The notes beneath the pieces are model-generated. The model saw nothing but the letters and a program-made list of their open reading frames with translations. It was not told where the DNA came from and searched no databases. Shown here one piece after another: positions 55,101-64,000 of a stretch of DNA of 64,000 bases (position 1 is the first letter of the stretch; each line of letters opens with the position of its first letter). The stretch comes from Eledone cirrhosa. Lineage: Eukaryota. The position numbers were made by a program, and so were the translations under genes. The DNA is taken from positions 97,464,001-97,528,000 of the forward strand of contig OZ024744.1 in NCBI GenBank assembly GCA_964016885.1, read 5' to 3'.

Positions 55101-58100
55101 GCACTCACTGTAAAGTGGTCGTGGAGGTGCCACAGTAAAAAAGCACCCAGCACTCACTGTAAAGTGGTTGTAGAGGTGCCATGACAAAAAAGCACCCAGC
55201 ACTCACTGTAAAGTGGTTGTAGAGGTGCCATGGCAAAAAAGCACCCAGTACTCACTGTAAAGTGGTCGTGGAGGTGCCACAGAAAAAAAGCACCCAGCAC
55301 TCACTGTAAAGTGGTTGTGGAGGTGCCACAGCAAAAAAGCACCCAGCACTCACTGTAAAGTGGTCGTGGAGGCGCCACAGAAAAAAGCACCCAGCACTCA
55401 CTGTAAATGAGGTTGGTGTTAGGAAGGGCATCCAGCTGTAGAAATCAAGCCAGAATCAGTTCCCGTCCCACCCTTGCAAGCAGGGAAAAAGTGGACGTAA
55501 AATGAAACGATGATGATGAATGATGACTCTATCAATATTATTTCAATACTGTATCAATATTATTTCAGTATTATTTCAATATCATAGGCGGTGGATTGGC
55601 AGTATCGGTAGAGGGTCGGATGCCATGCTTTCCAGCATAGTTACGTCCCTTAACGATCTGAGTTCAAATCCCGCTGAGGTTGACTTTGCCTTTCATCCTT
55701 ACGGGGTCGATAAAATAAAGTACCAGTAATGCACTGGGTAATTGCTGGCCTTGTGCCAAAAAGTAGAAACAATTATTTCAATATCATCATCATCATCATC
55801 ATCATCATCCTTTTACGTCTGCTTTTCCCTGCTTGCAAGGGTGGGACTGTATCAATATTATTTCAATACTGTATCAATATCATTTCAATACTGTATCAAT
55901 ATCATTTCAATACTGTATCAATATCATTTCAATACTGTATCAATATTATTTCAATACTGTATCAATATCATTTCAATACTGTATCAATATCATTTCAATA
56001 TTGTATCAATATTATTTCAATACTGTATCAATATCATTTCAATACTGTATCAATATTATTTCAATACTGTATCAATATTATTTCAATACTGTATCAATAT
56101 CATTTCAATATTGTATCAATATTATTTCAATACTGTATCAATATCATTTCAATATTGCATCAATATTATTTCAATACTGTATCAATATTATTTCAATATC
56201 GTATTAATATTATCATTTTTTTTTTTATATATTAAAATAATTATTTCTACTTTTCATACAGGGCCAGCAATTACCCCAGTGAATTACTGGTACTTTATTT
56301 TATCGACCCCGTAAGGATGAAAGGCAAAGTTGACCTCGGCGGGATTTTAACTCAGATCTTAAAGGGCTGTAACTCTATGCTGCAAAGCATGGCGTCCAAC
56401 TCTCTACCGATACTGCCAATCCACGGCCCTATTCAATATTATATTAATATTATCACATTGATACTGCCCTGTATAGTTTCAGATAAAATTATATTCAATT
56501 ATCCCATTGGTATCATTAAAGTGAAATAGAGCAAGCTGAGCTGCACATATTCTAACTATCAGATCAAGCAAACTTGGAAGCTGTAGACACAATTGTCTAT
56601 TGCAGTAGGCAGATTCTCTAATTCTATGAAGGTAGGCTGAAGATTTCATAGGCTGACTATGAAGGAGTGAAGCTAGAGCTGTGAAATCTTGCATGCATTA
56701 ATTTCAACCCTTTTTATTAATAACTGTATTGGTTCTTTTCAGGGACTATGTTGAAAAATAAACCTCATTTGGTCATTCCATGAGAGTATCTTGGTCAGAC
56801 TATGAAAGAGTGATGCCAGGGCTGTGAAATCTTGTGTGCAATAATTTGAACTCTTTTTATTAATAACTGCATTGTTTCTTTCTAACAAGGACTATGTTGA
56901 AAAATAAACTTCATTTGGTCATTCCACGAGAGTATCTTGGTCAGCCTATGAACTTTTCAGCTTATGATCTTTTCGGCTGACCCTTGTATATCTGTATCCA
57001 GTGCCAGTTGGTGGTCAATGGATCTTTTACTATGAGTAGTTTTCTATAATAATAAATGAGGCACTACTTTACTTCTCTAACAGTGACCAATGAACCTTAG
57101 TCTTTGTTGGTAACTTGCCAAACAAGGACACATTATTTAAACTTTGCCTTTCATCCTTACGGGGTCGATAAAATAAAGTACCAGTAATACACTGGGTATT
57201 TGCTGGCCTTGTGTCTAAAGTAGAAACAATTATTTACAATAGGCGGTGGATTGGCAGTATCGGTAGAGGGTTGGACCCCATGCTTTGACACATAGAGTTA
57301 CGGCCCTTGCCATTCTGAGTTCAAATCCCGCCAAGGTTAACTCTGCCTTTCATCCTGACGGGGTCAATAAAATAAAGTACCAGTAATGCACTGGTGTAAT
57401 TGCTGGCTTTCTGCCAAAAGTAGAAACAATTATTTACAATAGGCAGAACCAGGACTATAGAGAGACAAGTCCATCTGGGTTTGTGGTCTTTTTTCACTGA
57501 ATTAAGGGTTCAAACCAGGTACTTAGTGGTCTACTGCAATGTAGAAATATTGGATGATTGTAGTTTTTACCCTAAGTAGCTTTCCATAGCAATAATTGAT
57601 GCATTACCATGTGATTGCTTCGCTGAAAGTGACCAATGAAATTTAATCATCTTTGGCTCAACATAGTTGTTAAAAGATTCAAAATAAACTATATAACTAT
57701 TTGCTATCTTGCTAATAATGTTAACAATAATCCCATATTAAGCAGATTATATACAGGGTGAGTCAATGCATTTTTATTGCAAGGTTCACAGGTAACTTTT
57801 TGAACATCTGCTTCAAATTATATTGAGGAACAGGGTCAGCTTTTTTGAACAATTACTTTAATTATATATTTTTAACTAGTTTTCATCATCATCATCATCC
57901 TAATCATTTAATGTCCATCTTCCACGCTAGCATAGGTTAGACGGGAGTTGTGCCACTTGAGCCAAGGCTGGTTGGGTGACCGTGTCTCGCTCATATAGGA
58001 CTAAAGAAAGGTTGCCAGAAGTTGTTTGATGTATTTATAATTTTGTACTGTACGACCAGAATTTTGGTGGATGCCCTATCTAATGCCAACTACATTTACA

Positions 58101-58602
58101 GTATGTGTAGGTGACACAACAAAAAGCACCCAGCAGACACTGTAAATGTGGTTGGCATGTAGAAGGACATCCAGCCGTAAAAACTAAGCCAGAAACAGTT
58201 CTGTATGAACAGGACATGGTCAACTGACCGACTTGCCTCTGACAGGACAACCTGTTTAACCCATGCTAGCAGAGACGTAACTAGGGTATGACAAGCATGG
58301 CACTTACCATGGGTGCCACTTGGACTAGGAACGCTTTCTATTAAAGTCAAATAAGTTTGGTAGGAGAGTGAAAAAAGAAACTCCTTCAGATGTATGATCT
58401 GTCTTTGATTATCATGGGTGAGAACACTAATGGCTGGATCAGTAAACCATTTATATAAATTATTAGGCCCCTACAGTGCTGGGCAGAGACATAATTTCAC
58501 TGCTTGCCATAGGTGCTAGTTTCCCTAATTATGCCTCTGCATGCTAGTATGGAAAATGGACATTAAATGATGATGATGATGATGAGGAGGAGGAGGATGG
58601 TG

Positions 58603-58651
<49 letters not shown>

Positions 58652-58738
58652 CGATGAAGATGGGGCGATGACAATGACGATGTTGATGATGATGTTGATG
58701 ATGATGATGAATATAAATGTTGAATTGCCCAGTTACTT

Positions 58739-58771
<33 letters not shown>

Positions 58772-61750
58772 GTGATGAAGAAGATGATGATGATGATGAT
58801 GACGATGATGATGACGATGATGATGATGATGAATATAAATCTTGAACTCTGCCCAGTTACTTGTGACTCTCCCTGTATAGTGGATTCTATTTTAATGGAT
58901 CAAATTCTTACCCTTTCTCTTCCAACTTCAAATCACAAATATATGTCACAAATATATGTCACAAATATATGTCACAAATATATGTCACAAATATATGTCA
59001 CAAATATATGTCACAAATATATGTCACAAATATATGTCACAAATATATGTCACAAACTGACATAGTAACAATATTACAGCGTAACATAGACACATAATTG
59101 TTTCTACTTTGGGCACAAGGCCAGCAATTACCCCAGTGTATTACTGGTACTTTATTTTATCGACCCCTCCCCGTAAGGATGAAAGGCAAAGTTAACCTCG
59201 GCGGGATTTGAACTCAGAATGGCAAGGGCCGTAACTCTATACGTCAAAGCATGGCGTCCGACCCTCTAACGATACTGCCAATCCACCGCCCGTATAACAT
59301 AGACACATAATGAAATGTATATAAATCCACAGAAATATATACATATGTGTGAATGAAGTAATTCCATCGGAAAAGTCCAGGAAAAAAGAGTGCTCTATGT
59401 AAGCAACAGAGCTTAATTATTATTATTATGTAATAAACAACATAAGGCAATTATTCCATTTACCAGTGGTTTCTTAAAAGCAAAAGGTTTTGCTTTCAAT
59501 CCTCAGAATGAAAAATCCTGGTTTGTTTATTGAATATGGATTCTAAAAACAAAAATGCAATCTATATGAAAGTGAGGCTGGAAAAGGGAGAAGGAAAGGA
59601 AAAATAAAATAAAATAAAACTACACATGCAAACACACACAAAAAAAAAAAAAAAAAAAAAAAAAAAACCCAAGTGTGTGTTAGTATGCTTTTGGGTTTTT
59701 TTTTTTTTTTTTTTTTTTTTTTTGTGTGTGTTTGCATGTGTAGTTTTATTTTATTTTATTTTTCCTTTCCTTCTCCCTTTTCCAGCCTCACTTTCATATA
59801 GATTGCATTTTTGTTTTTAGAATCCATATTCAATAAACAAACCAGGATTTTTCATTCTGAGGATTGAAAGCAAAACCTTTTGCTTTTAAGAAACCACTGG
59901 TAAATGGAATAATTGCCTTATGTTGTTTATTACATAATAATAATAAGAAATATATACATACACAGAAAGACACAGTCACAGAGAAAAAAAAAAATTTGCA
60001 TTGAAATTTCAATTAGAATGAGACTCACCTGTACACAAGTAATTTACCATTTCATATCCAGTATTACATACACATTTGTAGCCATTTCTCAAAGTCCTAC
60101 ATTGGGAGTTCAATCCGCAGACAATGTCTTTACAGTTAGCGCTACCTGAAAATAGATTAAAGAAATACAATGGAACCTTGGTTCTTGAACTTAATTTATT
60201 CCTGAAAGCCATTCGTCACCTGAAATATTCATAAACTGAAACTATTTTTCCCATACAAAATGTTGAAAGAGAAATACAGAGAGAGAGAAAGAGAGATTGT
60301 GTGTGAAAGACAGATAAATATCACAATAGTAACTAACTACACAGGAGTTGACATTTTCCTGCTAATTCTCCCAGTTTGTTGCCAACTGTTATTGCTGACA
60401 TGTTTTATGATCAGAACATTTTTTCATGAACAGATTGTTTCTACTTTAGGCACAAGGCCAGCAATTACCCAGTGCATTACTGGTACTTTATTTTATCGAC
60501 CCCGTAAGGATGAAAGGCAAAGTCAACCTCGGCGGGATTTCTAGAAGAAATTGTCCTGAAGAGAGATGGGATCTGATAGGTCTAAATCCCCAAATCACTA
60601 TGGTGGCATCCTAAAACTCCCTGAAGTTAAAGCTCCCATTGACAAAGTGTCACATAGAAGTATGACTACTAATTGTCTCAGGTCAAACAATTACGTGAAT
60701 AAAAATATATATATATCATATTTCCTGGTGCCATGAGAGGTGCTCATGAACTAAGGTTCCACTGTATCGCTTGGGTCATTTAATTGCCCAGTATATGGTC
60801 AATACTGTATTTTCCAGCTTTGAAGATGCTACTTTTTTCCTAAAATAAGGCTAAAAAAATCTACCATGCATCCTGGAGGCCGAAGGTTGTTTATTATTTT
60901 TTTTTTTTATTTGTTGTTGTCAAAATTAGGGTGCGTCCTCGAGGACGAAATGTCTTTGGCACCAGGAAATATGATATATATATATTTTTATTCACGTAAT
61001 TGTTTGACCTGAGACAATTAGTAGTCATACTTCTATGTGACACTTTGTCAATAGGAGCTTTAACTTCAGGGAGTTTTTAGGATGCCACCATAGTGATTTG
61101 GGGATTTAGACCTATCAGATCCCATCTTTCTTCAGGACAATTTCTTCTAGAGAGAGAGAGTAAGAGAATGAGAGAGTGAGAGAATGAGAGAGTAAGAAAG
61201 AGAGAAAGAGTATGAGAGAAAGAATGTGAAAGAAAGAGTGAGAGAGTTAGAAAGAGAGAAAGTGTGAGAGAGTAGTTATCACAGTTTCTGTGGTGTGAAG
61301 CAACTAAGAGAACAAAACTGACCAGTCCATCACAGAGTTAAAACCCCCAGCTATTACTGGTAATCATTTTCAGCTGAGTATACAGGAGCAATGTAAAATG
61401 AAGTGTTTTGCACGAGAACGCAACACACAACTCAGTCCAGGAATCAAACTCATGACAGTATGATCATAAGTCCAACACCCAGGCAGATTTAAGTTAAATC
61501 TGCCTTCCAAACATGTCAACTCCAAATGATCCTTTAAATCTCTCCTAGGGATAATGGGTTTTTAAACCTGAAAATATTTGAGATCATTAAATTTGCTAAG
61601 GTAAGGTTCTTTTGTTATCTTAACAATTTAATTTTCTTTTTAATGCATTGTTTGGTTTTCAAAATTATTTAAATTTGTGTTTCCTATTCAACACTGCTTC
61701 AAGTAAGCTACAAAACTATATATATATATACATATATATATATGTGTATA

Positions 61751-61791
<41 letters not shown>

Positions 61792-62220
61792 GTAATAATA
61801 ATAAATTTGAAGACTAAAATCGAAAGAGGGCTCGATAAGGATAAATATATATCAAATATATAAGAACCGTAGAGCAACGTTTTTTGAAATATCCACTTCT
61901 GCGTTTACAGATTGACTTTGTTAGTTTCAGAAGATCCCGTTAAGGGTGAAAGCAGAGATTCTTTACTTAAACTTTAATCTGTTATTTTAATAAATATATA
62001 TATATATATATATATATTTATTAAAATAACAGATTAAAGTTTAAGCAAAGAATCGCTGCTTTCACCCTTAACGGGATTCCTGCTTAGTACAGGTATGTTC
62101 TTTGTAGAAATATTCAGATGTTGTTTCTGCATGATGAATATAAGTCAGTAGAGTGCTCAACCGAGGGAGCCAAATATATATATATATAAATGAAAGGTAT
62201 AGAAAACATTGTAGCAAAAA

Positions 62221-62259
<39 letters not shown>

Positions 62260-62525
62260 ACAAGAATATTGAAAATAGTATATATATATATATAAGAAAA
62301 TTTTACCATTAACAGTTTGGATACTACTAGCAGCAATGAAGCTGATAGTTTTCTTTTGTATTCTATAATCATTATATATTTTGTTGATTGTGTGTCTGAA
62401 TGTCTGTTGTCTGTTGACAGAAGGATCATGTTTGCATTCATCAAAACGAACTTCTTGTTCCCATGTGTAGCGCCTACCAACACCATCTACTCGGAAAATA
62501 CGGTCTGTTTTGGCACGTAATACAC
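12997..62525 (-). CDS. Nid: Nidogen/entactin, partial (G2F end - 10 EGF - YWTD propeller G3 - EGF); 17 coding exons in window, 5' end outside window
   Basis: Hand-spliced exons join in frame with canonical GT-AG sites. Domain order and motifs ([12 protein letters not shown]; ALAFDC..KLLYYSD; EGIAIDW..RNMYWTD; NPRGIVVDP; MYGITT...CP; [19 protein letters not shown]) match nidogen architecture. Confidence 0.93.
13148..13515. repeat. 60-bp tandem repeat, ~6 nearly identical copies, abutting the acceptor of the last coding exon
   Basis: Unit ataaactctttaaatgtacaaggcataaacataacatacatagcattaaagctccctaaa. Confidence 0.95.
13938..14251. repeat. Inverted repeat centred on (CAT)n/(ATG)n
   Basis: gttagaggcttatgtgtttgacattttctacagatgg... 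vs ...ccatctgtagaaaatgtcaaacacataagcctctaac. Confidence 0.9.
15598..16834. repeat. 48-bp minisatellite, ~26 copies, derived from the SINE-B/RTE 5' module
   Basis: Unit acacctacacaaccactttacagtgtggactgggtgctttttgtcgtg. Confidence 0.95.
17322..17672. mobile_element. Mariner-like MITE family (other copies ~19829-19965, 27178-27378, 56624-56990, 63147-63320, 63337-63563)
   Basis: TA-gagggttggctgaaaagttcatag...ctataaaattttcagctgaccctc-TA inverted termini; internal duplication of gactatgaaggagtgatgctagagctgtgaaatcttgcatg. Confidence 0.7.
18689..18807 (-). CDS. Nid: Nidogen exon: end of G3 propeller
   Basis: cttag|...|gtgagt; [39 protein letters not shown]. Confidence 0.87.
19160..19292 (-). CDS. 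Nid: Nidogen exon: YWTD repeat
   Basis: tttag|...|gtaagt; [45 protein letters not shown]. Confidence 0.9.
20985..22202. mobile_element. piggyBac-like MITE (TTAA-flanked, CCCTTTAGCATTTA termini) interrupted by a SINE and the hAT element; family copies at ~5797-6025, 10915-11052, 25540-25637, 40260-40488, 52921-53136, 63716-64000
   Basis: ttaaccctatagcattta...taaatgctaaagggttaa; the same internal sequence recurs at the listed sites. Confidence 0.7.
21259..22083 (+). mobile_element. Internally deleted hAT (Buster/Charlie-type) DNA transposon retaining the transposase N-terminus with BED-like zinc finger (21630-21875)
   Basis: TIRs CATTGGTTCCCAACC / GGTTGGGAACCGCTG; 8-bp TSD CTCTAAAC/CTCTAAAT; [13 protein letters not shown]...[39 protein letters not shown]. 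Confidence 0.85.
22804..22961 (-). CDS. Nid: Nidogen exon: YWTD repeat (source of the inverted copy at 43126-43283)
   Basis: ttcag|...|gtaggt; [52 protein letters not shown]. Confidence 0.92.
23760..24078 (-). mobile_element. Decayed RTE LINE 3' end
   Basis: Minus strand resembles DDCWVK...[23 protein letters not shown], as at the 3' end of the LINE at 4540-4700. Confidence 0.6.
24611..24779 (-). CDS. Nid: Nidogen exon: YWTD repeat
   Basis: tttag|...|gtaagt; [57 protein letters not shown]. Confidence 0.93.
24855..25540 (+). mobile_element. RTE-like LINE 3' fragment with 120-bp tandem (~4.7 copies); single-unit relative at ~35830-36090
   Basis: Unit translates [21 protein letters not shown]; followed by GRRPRGRP-like sequence. 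Confidence 0.75.
25680..25802 (-). CDS. Nid: Nidogen exon: LDLR class B (YWTD-type) repeat
   Basis: accag|...|gtaaga; [41 protein letters not shown]. Confidence 0.9.
27000..27107 (-). CDS. Nid: Nidogen exon: start of G3 beta-propeller
   Basis: ttcag|...|gtaaga; [36 protein letters not shown]; in phase with both neighbours. Confidence 0.8.
28705..30705 (+). mobile_element. 5'-truncated Tx1/L1-like LINE (RT plus C-terminal CCHC zf-RVT)
   Basis: [37 protein letters not shown]...[10 protein letters not shown]; frameshift and stop; 3'UTR ending in AATAAA. Confidence 0.88.
31236..31355 (-). CDS. Nid: Nidogen exon: EGF repeat 10 (contains RGD)
   Basis: tccag|...|gtacat; [40 protein letters not shown]. 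Confidence 0.88.
32130..33360 (-). mobile_element. RTE-like LINE 3' fragment whose C-terminal part is amplified as a ~120-bp tandem (~8 copies, 32145-33107)
   Basis: [11 protein letters not shown]...[13 protein letters not shown]...ALVGHV; unit gagaagacttcccaatatcttatcacagcaagaagatcc... repeats every 119-121 bp. Confidence 0.75.
33784..33915 (+). mobile_element. Possible Tigger/pogo transposase C-terminal relic
   Basis: [23 protein letters not shown] resembles the pogo-family C-terminal helix; from recall only. Confidence 0.35.
34063..34197 (-). CDS. Nid: Nidogen exon: EGF repeat 9
   Basis: ttcag|...|gtataa; [45 protein letters not shown]. Confidence 0.9.
34330..34485 (-). CDS. Nid: Nidogen exon: end of EGF 7 and EGF 8
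   Basis: tacag|...|gtatgt; [52 protein letters not shown]. Confidence 0.9.
36097..36270. repeat. (GAA)n microsatellite
   Basis: Direct inspection. Confidence 0.95.
36802..37005 (-). CDS. Nid: Nidogen exon: EGF repeat 6 and most of EGF 7
   Basis: aatag|...|gtatta; [68 protein letters not shown]. Confidence 0.88.
38270..39602 (-). mobile_element. 5'-truncated RTE-clade LINE with uninterrupted RT C-terminal ORF and PHD finger
   Basis: [53 protein letters not shown]; ends in a short TAAATACATAG repeat; truncated at (TA)n. Confidence 0.93.
40024..40140 (-). CDS. Nid: Nidogen exon: EGF repeat 5
   Basis: ttcag|...|gtaatg; [39 protein letters not shown]. Confidence 0.9.
42813..43578 (-). mobile_element. 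Composite SINE-[captured exon]-SINE insertion with 12-bp TSD
   Basis: CTTCTGAAGTAG at 42801-42812 and 43579-43590; two same-orientation V-type SINEs (heads at ~43578 and ~43064) bracket the exon copy; (CA)n tail at the left end. Confidence 0.85.
43126..43283 (+). pseudogene. Inverted duplicate of nidogen exon 22804-22961 with both splice sites retained
   Basis: Near-identical 158-nt copy (one visible amino-acid change, QTSQL to QTNQL) with ttcag| and |gtaggt flanks and adjacent intron sequence; antisense to the host gene. Confidence 0.92.
43625..43756 (-). CDS. Nid: Nidogen exon: EGF repeat 4
   Basis: tttag|...|gtaaga; [44 protein letters not shown]. Confidence 0.9.
45780..47030 (+). mobile_element. 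Helitron/Helentron-like non-autonomous element, with an internal ~101-bp tandem (46080-46535), inserted into the 24-bp minisatellite
   Basis: Starts ACTAGC...CCCAGCGTTGCTCGGG and ends (CA)n...CTGCCTTTTATAGAT; the 24-bp unit is present on both sides. Confidence 0.5.
47035..49720. repeat. 24-bp minisatellite, ~110 copies
   Basis: Unit agtcatagcaacaataccaact(a/t)t. Confidence 0.97.
49781..49897 (-). CDS. Nid: Nidogen exon: EGF repeat 3 (contains RGD)
   Basis: tacag|...|gtaatt; [39 protein letters not shown]. Confidence 0.9.
   Translation of the reverse strand: MALSHAMNTPSVFITIILDLPNVNAVQATEAMDNIVNL
50010..50236. mobile_element. MITE with 23-bp TIRs; partial second copy ~15000-15232
   Basis: attgttatactttgggagggtca ... 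tgaccctcccaaagtataacaat. Confidence 0.7.
51039..51535. repeat. 71-bp tandem repeat, ~7 copies, from a SINE/RTE module
   Basis: Unit tcttgcttatacagaactgtttct(a/g)gcttggtttctacagctggatgcc(c/t)ttcctaataccaaccacattt. Confidence 0.9.
51812..51995 (+). mobile_element. tRNA-derived SINE family A (Nin/Deu-domain-like core), representative copy; about 25-30 copies in window, e.g. 5155, 5381, 8956, 9174, 13640, 20590, 30850, 52205, 55586, 57242 (+) and 12215, 20175, 23085, 36350, 40728, 41872, 42335, 42527, 44552, 44881, 56240, 59095 (-)
   Basis: A-box-like TGGCAGTATCGG, B box GAGTTCAAATCC, core GCCTTTCATCCTTACGGGGTCGATAAAATAAAGTACCAG, (ATT)n tail. Confidence 0.85.
53818..53940 (-). CDS. Nid: Nidogen exon: calcium-binding EGF repeat 2
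   Basis: atcag|...|gtatgt; [41 protein letters not shown] (DxDEC and CxNxxGSYxC consensus). Confidence 0.92.
54225..55405. repeat. 49-bp minisatellite, ~24 copies, expanded inside a complete SINE-B
   Basis: Unit cacccagcactcactgtaaagtggttgtagaggtgccatggcaaaaaag; SINE head at 54055 and tail at ~55520. Confidence 0.95.
55845..56205. repeat. 22-bp (2x11) tandem repeat; related remnants at 53960-54048 and 55530-55582
   Basis: Unit tcaatactgtatcaatatcatt. Confidence 0.9.
58567..58832. repeat. (GAT)n microsatellite blocks
   Basis: Direct inspection. Confidence 0.9.
58932..59056. repeat. 13-bp tandem repeat, ~9 copies
   Basis: Unit tcacaaatatatg. Confidence 0.92.
59417..59946. repeat. Perfect long palindrome, arms ~255 bp, loop ~15-20 nt
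   Basis: Left arm ttattattattatgtaataaacaacataaggc...A28 ccc; right arm ggg T28...gccttatgttgtttattacataataataataa. Confidence 0.95.
60029..60145 (-). CDS. Nid: Nidogen exon: EGF repeat 1
   Basis: ttcag|...|gtgagt; [39 protein letters not shown], 6 Cys. Confidence 0.9.
60540..61151. repeat. Inverted repeat, arms ~195 bp (60540-60733 / 60957-61151), spacer ~220 bp
   Basis: tctagaagaaattgtcctgaag...tggtgcca vs tggcacca...cttcaggacaatttcttctaga; few mismatches. Confidence 0.93.
61935..62077. repeat. ~140-bp palindrome centred on (TA)n
   Basis: tcccgttaagggtgaaagcag...aataaa(ta)n tttatt...ctgctttcacccttaacggga. Confidence 0.9.
62307..62525 (-). CDS. Nid: Nidogen exon: C-terminal part of G2F domain
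   Basis: tatag|GT GTA TTA...GTT AAT G|gtaaaa; [34 protein letters not shown]...[13 protein letters not shown]; phase 1-1. Confidence 0.88.
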
Positions 62526-62619
62526 CTATAAGATACATGAAATGATATTTTATGAGTAATTGGAAAGAAGAAATTATATTATTCATTAAATCAAAGGAAC
62601 AAAAGTATTGAGAAGCAGG

Positions 62620-62650
<31 letters not shown>

Positions 62651-64000
62651 TTTACGTCCACTTTTCCCTGCTTTGCAAGGGGGGGGGACGGGAACTGATT
62701 CTGGCTTGATTTCTACAGCTGGATGCCCTTCCTAACACCAACCTCATTTACAGTTTGGGCTGGGTGCTTTTTTGCCGTGGCACCTCCACGACCACTTTAC
62801 AGTGGAATGATATGGACCCCAGTCCCTATCATCTCATTTCTACAGCTGAGTAAACTGGAGCAATGTGAAATAAAGTGTCTTGCTCAAGGAAACAACACAT
62901 CACCCGGTCTGAGAATTGAACTCACAACCTTTCGATTGCAAGGCCAATGCTCTAACCACTGAGCCATGTGCCTCCATACACATCACCCGGTCTGAGAATT
63001 GACCTCACAACCTTTCGATTGCAAGGCCAATGCTCTAACCACTAAGCCATGTGCCTCCAAATAGTAGAAAAAATAAGAAAATGTAGAAAACAAAGATTAC
63101 TTTAGGATAGGTTTATTATATATGTATAGCTAAATACACATTTAAATATGAGGGTCAGCTGAAAAGCTCATAGACTGACTATGAAGGATTGATGGTAGAG
63201 CTGTGAAATCTTGCATCAAATAATTTCAATTCTTCTTATTAATAACTGAATTGTTTCTTTGGTCATTCCATGAGAGTATCTTGGTCAGCCTATGAACTTT
63301 TCGGCTAATCCATATATATATGTGTGTGTGTGTATTTATGAGGGTGGACAGAAATGTTCATTGGCTGACTATGAAGGATTGATGCTAGGGCTGTGAAATC
63401 TTGCATGCATTAATTTCAACTCTTCTTATTAATAACTGCATTGCTTTTTTTCTAGGGACTATGTGGAAAAATAAACCTCATTTGGTCATTCTATCATTCC
63501 ATGACAGCATTTTGATCAGTCTATGAACTTATCAGACTATGAATTATTCAGCTGACTCTCATACAGTGAAACCAAAGAGGATTAAAAATATAGCTATACA
63601 TCAATGTTAAAAGCTTAAGAAATAGATGAAGAAAATGTAGATGTATAACTTTTAGAGGATAAATTGTGATCTGAACATTGTCATCCTAATTTTAACATAC
63701 ATTTTTAATTTTTCCTTAATCCTTTAGTATTTAAACCGGCCGTATCCAGCCAGAATTCTCTCTACTCTTTCTGGTCAAACCAGCCATAACCAGCTGCTCG
63801 TACTGATGTTATGGTGTTGTTCTCAAAATATGTAATATCAAAATCTCATAGATTCAATATTTTGTGAGATGATTATGTACGATAAAGTGTTTACCATGAA
63901 AATATGATAGTATATATAGAGTAATGTGAATAATATATGAGATAATTATGTGAGGTAAAGCCTTTAGCATGAAAATACAATAGTATATATAGAGTAACGT

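Noticed and set aside
12997-62525. LRP/LDL-receptor or pro-EGF identity for the gene
   Set aside because: The G2F segment precedes the EGFs, there is a single propeller, and the protein ends after the last EGF with no transmembrane segment or LDLa repeats. This fits nidogen.

Overview
AT-rich, repeat-dense animal genomic DNA. The SINE/LINE/MITE set and microsatellites resemble an octopod cephalopod; this is an inference, not a database match. The one clear host gene is the 3' part of a nidogen/entactin gene on the minus strand. I traced 17 coding exons by hand from 62525 to the stop at 12997, all with GT-AG sites and matching phases. They encode the end of the G2F domain, 10 rod EGF repeats (one Ca-binding, two with RGD), a YWTD beta-propeller (G3) and a final EGF. 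A probable 3'UTR exon lies near 10.7 kb, and the 5' part of the gene is beyond the window end. The introns and downstream flank hold RTE-clade and Tx1/L1-like LINEs, two tRNA-derived SINE families, hAT, piggyBac-like and mariner-like MITEs, and many tandem repeats. The most unusual items are three. (1) A TSD-flanked SINE-exon-SINE cassette at 42813-43578 places an antisense copy of a downstream nidogen exon inside an upstream intron of the same gene. (2) A PHD finger is embedded within the RT region of two RTE LINEs. (3) There is a series of long fold-back palindromes, one perfect and hiding a cryptic exon-like unit.
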